Shown one piece after another: positions 17,541 through 24,000 of a stretch of 24,000 bases of DNA. This stretch comes from an uncultured Nitrososphaerota archaeon. GTDB taxonomy: Archaea; Thermoproteota; Nitrososphaeria; Conexivisphaerales; DTJL01. The notes beneath the pieces were generated by a model. The model did not search any database. It was given only the letters and a program-made list of their open reading frames with translations, and was not told the DNA's origin. The DNA lies in assembly GCA_963772005.1 (NCBI GenBank), contig CAVYVS010000021.1, positions 102,469-126,468 of the forward strand. The letters are read 5' to 3'. Each line of letters starts with the position of its first letter. The stretch's first letter is position 1. Both the position numbers and the translations under genes were made by a program.

Positions 17541-17550
17541 AACTTTAATA
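17541..17550 (+). promoter_or_regulatory. TATA box (AACTTTAATA) with a purine-rich BRE-like 5' flank, upstream of the tRNA
   Basis: It is centred about 39 nt upstream of tRNA position 1, which implies a short 5' leader. The leader contains the hairpin GGCAAggcttTTGCC (17561-17575). Confidence 0.45.
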
Positions 17551-17585
17551 CAGAACTGGCGGCAAGGCTTTTGCCGAGCTTTCGT

Positions 17586-17661
17586 AGCGGGGTGGGGAAG
17601 CCAGGCCTATCCCGGCGGGCTCATAACCCGCAGAGCGGTGGTCCAAATCCACCCCCCGCTA
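17586..17661 (+). tRNA. tRNA-Met(CAT): tRNA-Met, anticodon CAT, with initiator-type features (A1:U72, three G:C pairs closing the anticodon stem); no encoded CCA
   Basis: I folded a 76-nt cloverleaf by hand: acceptor AGCGGGG/CCCCGCT, D stem GGGA/TCCC, anticodon stem GCGGG/CCCGC with loop CTCATAA, variable loop AGAGC, and T stem GGTGG/CCACC with loop TCCAAAT. Confidence 0.9.
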
Positions 17662-17990
17662 TTTCGTTATTACCGACTGGACAGTGTGTCTAACTGAATC
17701 CCTATCCCATTCATGCTTCCTGCCCTTTCCTCTGTCGAGAACACGGGAAGTCTACAGAACCGCGTGGAAGTTCAGCGCGATCATCGTCAAAGGGCGGGCA
17801 CAATTCCCTAGCGTGTCCCTTAGAGGTCAACCATCTCCATTGCCCGAGGCCTGGTCGACAGTTGGGTTCGAGAATTCTGAGAGGCCTCAACCGACTCTGC
17901 GAACCGCTCCTCTTTGTCGGTCATCGCTCAGGGAGTCTAAGGGCGTGTTTGGTGGCCCATGCCGCCGGCGCAATCCCGCCGAAAGTCGAA

Positions 17991-18239
17991 TCAGCGGCCG
18001 CCTAGGCGGCTGTACCGTGAAAGGGTCTCTTCCGGACCTCCGGGCATGGGACCTGGCGTCTTCTTTGCAGCCTTCTTGCCGCAGCGTCCCCTCTCCTTGT
18101 GTTTCCTCAGGTTGCTTACAACCTTCCCGCAGACATCGCAGACTGGCAACGCATCGGGGAACTGGTGCTTGTTCGTAATAAGGTTGGCCGACGAACTCGC
18201 TTGGTCGATATGTGAATTTGACGGAAATGGCTCGTTCAC
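17991..18239 (-). CDS. hypothetical small basic protein with a C-x2-C-x9-H-x5-C (C2HC-like) motif
   Basis: The 82-aa ORF (GTG start) contains PVCDVCGKVVSNLRKHKERGRCGKKAAKK. This is the only protein-like ORF in the unassigned interval. I recognise no family, and the start is uncertain (an internal TTG lies before PVCDVCG). Confidence 0.3.
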   Translation of the reverse strand: MNEPFPSNSHIDQASSSANLITNKHQFPDALPVCDVCGKVVSNLRKHKERGRCGKKAAKKTPGPMPGGPEETLSRYSRLGGR

Positions 18240-18278
18240 GCGATAAGGTCTAAAGGGGCGCCCTGGTCACTCGACGCG

Positions 18279-19154
18279 TTGAGAATTGCCCGTCCCAAGG
18301 CCCTTTGAATACTATGCACCGAAGACTGTCGCAGACGCTCTAAGTACATGGGTGAGAACGAAGACGGGAAGTACATCGCCGGCGGTCAGAGCCTGGTACC
18401 GCTAATGAGATTCAGGTTGGTCAGCCCCCGGGTTCTGGTGGACATAGGGAAGCACCTCGGCCGCGAGCTTTCATACGTCAGGGACGATGGCAACGGGCTC
18501 TCAATCGGCTCGTTGACCACACACTATGAAATCTCCTCCTCCGAAGCCGTGCAATCCGAATGCCCGATGCTCGGCAAGGCGGCCCAAGACGTAGGAGACC
18601 ACCAAGTGAGGAACAGGGGCACCATAGGGGGGAGCCTCTGTCATGCCGACCCGGCCGCCCATTATCCCCCTGCGATGGTCGCCTTGGACGCTTCACTCGT
18701 TATACGTGGGAGCAAAGGGACGCGCACCGTTCGTGCCGCCGACTTCTTCAAGGACCTCTTCACAACGGATCTGGCTCTAGGAGAGCTGCTGACGGAGATC
18801 AGGATTCCTCGCTCTCCTGGAACCCGATGGGGTTACGAAGTGATCCATGGCCAGGGAGGGAGCTACTCAACTGCCATCGCCGCCGTCGCGTTACACATCA
18901 GCGGCACCACCTGCGATTCTGCTGCGGTGGTAATCGGCGCATGTTCGCCGGCTCCCGTGCGGCTCAAGGAGGCGGAAGAACTCCTGAACGGGCAGGGGTT
19001 AACAGAGAAGACGATAATCGGAGCCTCTTCAGCCGTTAGGACCCACCTAAGGGAGCCGCTGGTGGACGCCAGGATTCGTGCTAGCTACCGTCGCGACATG
19101 GCAGAGTTGGCTACAAAGCGCGCGCTCTTGGCAGCAGCTGGGGTGTTTATATGA
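18279..19154 (+). CDS. xanthine-oxidase-family FAD-binding medium subunit (CoxM/CutB-like); N-terminal about 23 codons disrupted by a +1/-1 indel pair
   Basis: Track ORF 18348..19154 starts inside the conserved AGGQSL region (KYIAGGQSLVPLMRFRL). The missing N-terminus is present upstream: the TTG at 18279 gives RIARPKA, then FEYYAPKTVADAL in the +1 frame (18304-18342), then the reading returns to the original frame. Confidence 0.85.
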
Positions 19155-19651
19155 AGATCAAATTCACGGTCAACGGGAAGCCCTACGAGGTCGAGGCCGA
19201 AGCAAGGACCCTCCTCGTAGACATGCTCAGGGAGCTTGGCTTCGTAAGCATTCATCAAGGATGCGACGAAGGGCGATGTGGGGCCTGCACGGTCTTCATG
19301 GATGGGGAAGCCGTGAAGTCCTGCCTGCTTTTCGGCGTGCAGGCTGACGGGTCCTCCATCATAACCGCGGAAGGGTTGGCCAACGAGCACGGTTTCCATC
19401 CCTTACAAAAGGCGTTTTCAGAATGCCTCGCCGTGCAGTGTGGCTACTGTACTCCGGGGCTTCTGATGACTTCCTACGACCTCCTCCGCAAATTCCCCGA
19501 ACTGGATGAGACGACCGTCCGCAAAGCCATTTCGGGTAACATCTGCAGGTGCACGGGTTACTCCGGCATCGTCGAGGCAATCCTGCGCGCCTCGGCCCGA
19601 GCATGGCGGGGAGTCAAGCGCACAAAAAGGGCTTGCCACGACAGCCCCTAA
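19151..19651 (+). CDS. xanthine-oxidase-family [2Fe-2S] small subunit (CoxS/CutC-like)
   Basis: 166 aa with both 2Fe-2S motifs (CDEGRCGACTV; CGYCTPG...CRCTGY). The ATG overlaps the coxM-like stop (ATGA). Confidence 0.9.
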   Translation: MKIKFTVNGKPYEVEAEARTLLVDMLRELGFVSIHQGCDEGRCGACTVFMDGEAVKSCLLFGVQADGSSIITAEGLANEHGFHPLQKAFSECLAVQCGYCTPGLLMTSYDLLRKFPELDETTVRKAISGNICRCTGYSGIVEAILRASARAWRGVKRTKRACHDSP

Positions 19652-20106
19652 CTCGTGACCGGCTTGCCGGAAGATTCGAGAGAAGCATGAAGATTCCCGA
19701 AGACCTCTTTCACGAGCCTCTCTGCTACCGCCCCAAGGACTCTCTGCCCCAGAGAGGCAAGCGTACCTGATACCGTGGCGACGGCGCTCCAGCTTAGAGC
19801 GGTCTCTGTGACGCCTCCCTGCAAGTCGACGGTTATCTCAAGATCTACAGCGCTGCCGCTCCCCAGTCCATGTCCCCGCAGCTTGACATGCGAAGGAGGC
19901 GTCCTCTCAGAGACGTCGAAGACTATCGTGAAGTTCGTCTTGATCATAGAGATGCCGAGCTTTGCGACCACGCTGAACCTGTCTGGCCCTAGAACGCCGA
20001 CCTCTTGAATGTCGGGAATCCCCTTGGAGAAATTTTCGGGATCGTTGAGGAACCTGAAGACCTCCTCTCTGTCAGCGTGAATCAGTTCCGATCCCTTGAA
20101 TTCCAA
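19648..20106 (-). CDS. CoxG-like SRPBCC-fold protein
   Basis: 152 aa with a CoxG-family-like sequence (FKGSELIHADREEVFRFLNDPENFSKGIPDIQEV...SGTLASLGQRVLGAVAERLVKEVFGNL). TTG start. Its stop overlaps the stop of the convergent coxS-like gene (CTAA, 19648-19651). Confidence 0.8.
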   Translation of the reverse strand: MEFKGSELIHADREEVFRFLNDPENFSKGIPDIQEVGVLGPDRFSVVAKLGISMIKTNFTIVFDVSERTPPSHVKLRGHGLGSGSAVDLEITVDLQGGVTETALSWSAVATVSGTLASLGQRVLGAVAERLVKEVFGNLHASLESSGKPVTS

Positions 20107-20363
20107 TGTCGACCTTCAACCTCAGATGGCTTAGGACTAAATACGGCTTTCCAAGCCACTCCCTCCCGTTTGCCGGCGATACGATGAGCCCTATTAGCGC
20201 GTCAACGCTTAACTACCCTGCGACTTTATGACGAGAAGGCCTTGAACGAAAGGAACGCCATAGCTGCCCCTCACCTTTTGGTCTCGCCCAAGAGGGGCGA
20301 CTTCCACATCTGTGGAAGAGAGCAAGGCCGCGGCGACGGGCCGGCCGGAAGGGGAGTTCAGAT

Positions 20364-22319
20364 TTGAGAGAGTCCGACAAGTTCCTAATCGGGAGAGGTC
20401 GCTTCGTCGACGACTTGAGGTTCGAGGGAATGCTTCACCTGAAGATGGTTCGGAGCCCCTATGCTAGGGCCAGAATACTGAAGCTGAAGGGTGGAATCAC
20501 AGGAGCGGAGTTCAAGGCGGACCTGATATCGGTGGGCGAAGGCTCCTGGGGGGGCCCGGTGGCCGTCGCATGTCCCGCTCTCCCTACGGAATATGTCAGC
20601 TACCCGGGCCAACCTGTGGCAGGGGTCTTGGGGAGAAGCGTATACGAAGCCGAGGACCTCCTTGAGCAGGTGGAGGTCGACTACGAGCCGCTCAAGCCTC
20701 TTGTCGACCCTGAGGAAGCGACAAGCTTCGAGCCAATCCATCCCACGGCGAAGTCGAACGTGGCGAGCTCGTTCAAGCTGGGCGATGACTTCACTGACGA
20801 TTCCCCGATCGTCCTGGAGGACGATTTGGTCAACGCAAGGCTGTCCCCCAATCCCCTAGAGCCACGGGGATTGGTCGCCCAGTACGACGGATCGCGCCTC
20901 ACCGTGTGGGCCTCGACCCAGTCAGTGCACACATGGAGGGAGGCACTGGGCGATGTGGCCGGCCTCAAGCCAGAGGCTGTCAGAGTCGTCCAGATGGATA
21001 CCGGAGGCGCCTTTGGGGCCAAGAGCTCGCTCTACCCCGAGTATGCGGTCGCCTGCTACGCGGCGATCAAGACGCGCAAGCCTGTAAAATGGGTGGAGAC
21101 GAGGTCAGAGCATCTCCTTGCCACGAACCAAGGGAGGGGGGTTCGTGCTAGGATGAGGATATTCTCTGACAGGATTGGCAGGATTAGCGGCTTGAAGGCG
21201 GACGTGTTGGTGGACACGGGTGCCTTCGCCACGGGGATTGGAGCCTCTGCTCCACGCTTCATCGGCTTTATGCTTACGGGGCCTTATGCCATAGGGAAGG
21301 CATACGTCAATGCCTCAGCGGTCTTCACGAACAAGGTACCCCTGGGCCCCTACAGGGGGGCTGGTCGCCCGGAGGCCGCCTTCTTTATCGAGAGGATGAT
21401 GGACCTCCTAGCTGACGAGCTCAAGGCAGATCCACTGGACATCAGGCTCAGGAACGCGAGCCCCAAGCCCTATGTTTCGCCATTGGGAATGAAGGTGGAT
21501 GCGCTCGAGCCCTTCCTGACGTCGGCCGCAGAACACCTGCGCTATCGCGACCGGGCCGGGCAGAAGGGGATGGGATTCTCCTGCTTCATCCTCCCATCTG
21601 CGGTCCAACCTGGCGATTCTGCTCGAGTCTCTATCAAGAGAGGCTCAGTTCGAGTCTGGCTCGGGGGGAGTCAGAGCGGTCAGCGTCACATTGTCATCGC
21701 GAAGAGGGTCCTGCACGACGAATTAGGCATCCCGGAGTCGGCGATTGAACTCGAACCGGGTGATACGGACGAGCTGGACGAAGGCGTTGGCACATGGGGG
21801 AGCAGGACCGCCATCGTGGCGTATGCCGCCCTCGTGGAGGCAGCTAGCAAGATACGAGAACAGGCCAAACAGGTCGGGGCAGGCTCCCCCGAAGAGCTTC
21901 TCAAGGGAGAGTTCGACGTCAAAGTTTTCGCCAACCTGCATGAGTCAGTGAGCTCCCTGGGAGCGAACCTCGTAAGGGTCTCGCTGAGCGAGACCGGCGA
22001 GGCCAGGGTAGAAGAATGTCGAGCCTTCTACGACATCGGCAAGGTCTTGGACGAGGAGAACGTAGTGGCACAGGTGGTTGGCGGCGCCGCCCAGGGCATC
22101 GGCCAAGTTCTCTCCGAAGAGTCTTGGTATGACAAGGATGGCCAGTTGATAACCGGGACCATAGCCGACACCGGATTGCCGCTGGCCACTGCGGTCCCTA
22201 ACGTTAAGGTTCAGCTCGCCCAGCACTCGTCATCCGAAAACGTCCGAGTCAAGGGTGTTGGGGAGGCATCTACGACCGGCCTCCCTCCTGCCGTAGTCAG
22301 AGCCATTGGACCATGGTAG
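20364..22319 (+). CDS. xanthine-oxidase-family molybdopterin-binding large subunit (CoxL/CutA-like, non-CODH type); C-terminus frameshifted
   Basis: 651 aa with family motifs: GRGRFVDD, MDTGGAFGAKS, PYRGAGRPEA, KGVGEASTTG. The ORF stops at ...PAVVRAIGPW*, but the expected tail (..MVGHRLRRTPVHQDELI..) continues in another frame from about 22310. TTG start. Confidence 0.9.
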   Translation: MRESDKFLIGRGRFVDDLRFEGMLHLKMVRSPYARARILKLKGGITGAEFKADLISVGEGSWGGPVAVACPALPTEYVSYPGQPVAGVLGRSVYEAEDLLEQVEVDYEPLKPLVDPEEATSFEPIHPTAKSNVASSFKLGDDFTDDSPIVLEDDLVNARLSPNPLEPRGLVAQYDGSRLTVWASTQSVHTWREALGDVAGLKPEAVRVVQMDTGGAFGAKSSLYPEYAVACYAAIKTRKPVKWVETRSEHLLATNQGRGVRARMRIFSDRIGRISGLKADVLVDTGAFATGIGASAPRFIGFMLTGPYAIGKAYVNASAVFTNKVPLGPYRGAGRPEAAFFIERMMDLLADELKADPLDIRLRNASPKPYVSPLGMKVDALEPFLTSAAEHLRYRDRAGQKGMGFSCFILPSAVQPGDSARVSIKRGSVRVWLGGSQSGQRHIVIAKRVLHDELGIPESAIELEPGDTDELDEGVGTWGSRTAIVAYAALVEAASKIREQAKQVGAGSPEELLKGEFDVKVFANLHESVSSLGANLVRVSLSETGEARVEECRAFYDIGKVLDEENVVAQVVGGAAQGIGQVLSEESWYDKDGQLITGTIADTGLPLATAVPNVKVQLAQHSSSENVRVKGVGEASTTGLPPAVVRAIGPW

Positions 22320-22422
22320 GACACAGGCTGCGCCGGACCCCGGTCCACCAGGATGAGCTGATCGCTCGCAAACAGACTCAGGATGCCTTGATGGCGGGCT
22401 TCGACGACGTTTCTGCCCAACG

Positions 22423-22433
22423 TTTTTATTTTT
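22423..22433 (+). terminator. oligo-T tract TTTTTATTTTT: candidate archaeal terminator for the coxL-like gene (could also be the TATA region for the next gene)
   Basis: This is the only long T-run in the 140-nt gap. It lies about 34 nt upstream of the M28 peptidase start at 22462. Confidence 0.35.
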
Positions 22434-22461
22434 CACACATCTATGCTTTTGTTGAACGATT

Positions 22462-23333
22462 TTGTCCGCTGACGTCTCCCCCGATCGACTGAAGTCTCAT
22501 GTCTCCTCTCTGTACTACGTACGCCACCCTGATGCGAATCCGAAGGGCTTGGACAAAGCCAGAGAATCCATCTGGAATCAGATGGTGGAAAGCGGATGCT
22601 ATATGGTCGACCAGAGCTGGAAGACTGGAAAGCTCGTCTTTCATAACGTGGTGGGCGAAAAGGCAGCTGGATTCAAGACTCCGCCCACCCTCGTCCTCAT
22701 GGCGCACTACGACACCGTGGAGAACTCCTCCGGAGCGGGAGATAATGCGAGCGGAGTGGCCATCATGTTGGAAGCCAGCAGACTCATAGGTAGTTCGGGC
22801 ATCCCCGTCAGGGTCTTCTTCGCCGCCCTCTCCATGAAAGAGGTCTGGGAGGGAGTCGGCCTAAGGGGAAGCCAGGCGCTGCTGGCCAACCTGAAGTCAA
22901 GGGGAATCCCGGTGGACGCCGCCGTTTGTCTCGACTCGGTTGGTGTTTCGGGGCAGATGAAACAAGCCACTCCCGATGGTCTTCCGGCTCCGCTGCCAAC
23001 CAAGGGCGACTTCCTGGCTTTGATCGGATGTGAATCGTCGAAGGCCCTGCTGGAGTCCTTCGGCAACGCGTGCAAGACTGGGGCCCCCTCCTTGCCGACC
23101 GTTCCAGTGATTCTCCCCGGCAAGGGCGAATCGACACCCGAGGCCTTGAGGGGAGATCAGACCACCTTCTGGGCAGGCGGATACCAAGCGCTCCTGCTCA
23201 CCGACACTGGCGCCTCTCGATATCCAGGCTAATGGCCCTGGTGATAGCCCCGACAGGCTGAACTACAGACTTCATGGCGGATGTCTGCAGGGCAATCGTC
23301 GCCTATGCCGCAACCGTTTCCAATAAGACTTAA
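22462..23333 (+). CDS. M28-family metallopeptidase-like protein; C-terminal about 35 codons spread over two further frames
   Basis: Track ORF 22462..23232 has M28 motifs (LMAHYDTV, GAGDNASGVAIMLEASR). After ...SRYPG* the sequence continues as NGPGDSPDRLNYRL in the next frame (from 23231), then MADVCRAIVAYAATVSNKT* in the third frame (23274-23333). This matches the usual M28 C-terminal region. Confidence 0.75.
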
Positions 23334-23359
23334 GGTCGCAACCAGGTAGACCCCTTGCG

Positions 23360-24000
23360 TTGACCGCACTGGTCCAGCCGAGCCCGATCCTCCTCCTCGG
23401 CGGGCTGGGGATCATCCTAGTTGGGGTGGCTCCGGTCCTATACTGGAGGCGACAACGCGACGTTTCCTGGAAGATTTTCGGCCTTGGCGCGGTAGTCTGG
23501 CTCTCCGTTTCAGTCCTCAAGGCCATCGCGGACATCTACGTCACTCCCGGCCTGGCCGCCGCGGCCCAGGGTTCCTCTGGGATCATCACAGCCTTGGTCT
23601 ACGGGCTCTACGTGGGATTGGAGACTGGCATATTCAACACAGGATTCACATGGATATGGGCACGGCGCTTCCGCCTGTTCGACGCATCCTTCGATGATGC
23701 CGTGGGCTTCGGCTTGGGTTTCGCGTGCGTCGAGGCCTTGGCCCTTGGGCTCAACAGCCTTCTTGGGATCCTGGGATCCTGATGAACCCGGGAATCAGTG
23801 GGAGCCTCAGCCCTGCCCTGCAGCAGGCACTCTCCAGTCAATATGCTCTGGGACCAGCGCTAATCGGAGCGCCCATCATTGAACGTATCTCGAACCTTTT
23901 CATCGACTGCTTCGCTATCGTAATGGTCTTCATGTGGCGATCCGGGGGGCAAAGGAGGATCTTTCCAATCGCAGTACTCTATGCGTCGCTGGCGGAATTC
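23360..24000 (+). CDS. YhfC/DUF2324-like polytopic membrane protein (partial at the right edge), frame broken by an 8-bp tandem duplication
   Basis: Track ORF 23360..23782 is hydrophobic and has a YhfC-like layout (YWRRQRDVSWKIFGLGAVVW; GLYVGLETGIFNTGF; AVGFGLGFACVEALALG). After the duplication it continues in another frame: ...LMNPGISGSLSPALQQALSSQYALGPALIGAPIIERISNLFIDCFAIVMVF... to the window end. The family call is from memory. Confidence 0.5.
23765..23780. repeat. perfect 8-bp tandem duplication GGGATCCT GGGATCCT
   Basis: Read directly from the sequence at 23765-23772 and 23773-23780. Removing one copy restores a continuous reading frame (…SLLGILMNPGISG…). Confidence 0.9.

Noticed and set aside
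17586-17661. The tRNA(CAT) considered as tRNA-Ile2, the direct substrate of the adjacent TiaS
   Set aside because: A1:U72 and the GGG/CCC pairs closing the anticodon stem are initiator tRNA-Met identity features. Elongator Ile2 tRNAs normally start with a G1:C72-type pair. I kept this as something to verify, not as a claim.
17990-18065. SRP (7S) RNA helix-8-like hairpin on the minus strand (GGTCCGGAAGAGACC)
   Set aside because: It is only a simple GNRA-like hairpin. The conserved asymmetric-loop AGCA-type motif, the helix 6 partner and the Alu-domain motifs are absent. The bases also lie inside the 82-aa ORF.
17684-18178. 164-aa plus-strand ORF downstream of the tRNA
   Set aside because: It is low-complexity (Ser/Pro/Arg/Cys-rich) with no motif. 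It overlaps a more protein-like minus-strand ORF. It is most likely a chance open frame in GC-rich DNA.
17586-18348. Integrated mobile element at the tRNA 3' end
   Set aside because: There is no integrase, transposase or other mobile-element gene. By eye I found no direct repeat of the tRNA 3' half elsewhere in the window. The interval is too small for a typical element. A remnant cannot be excluded without a search.
18279-22319. Calling the M/S/L cluster an aerobic carbon monoxide dehydrogenase
   Set aside because: The large-subunit active-site loop is PYRGAGR rather than the CODH-specific VAYRCSFR. Only a family-level call is justified.

Overview
GC-rich archaeal chromosomal window. The archaeal hallmarks are a LysW carrier-protein pathway, TiaS, Tsr3, ribosomal stalk protein P1, an RNase P RNA, an A1:U72 initiator tRNA, and TATA-box or near-leaderless gene starts.

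Gene order, left to right:
- argH (partial, minus strand; absent from the ORF track because it runs off the edge).
- An HTH/ACT regulator-like gene, divergent from argG-lysW-lysX-lysY-lysZ-lysJ-lysK.
- An ABC-2 exporter pair, a solitary P1 stalk gene, iorAB, and a gyaR-like dehydrogenase.
- RNase P RNA, tsr3, a stand-alone RAM-domain protein, a Cys/Met-family PLP enzyme, tiaS, and tRNA-iMet.
- About 0.6 kb of unassigned sequence.
- A xanthine-oxidase-family cluster (coxM/coxS-like, inverted coxG-like, coxL-like), an M28 peptidase, and a YhfC-like membrane protein (partial).

I saw no CRISPR array, transposase, integrase or recognisable defence system, and no convincing novel multi-gene system.

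The strongest signal beyond ordinary annotation is at least 12 reading-frame breaks in otherwise well-conserved genes. They include two compensated +1/-1 pairs and one 8-bp tandem duplication. They could be sequencing or assembly indels, or real gene decay; raw reads would decide.

Other items for follow-up are the arg-linked LysW block with its divergent ACT-domain regulator, the tiaS/tRNA(CAU) pairing with an odd T-loop, and the unassigned stretch at 17662-18278.
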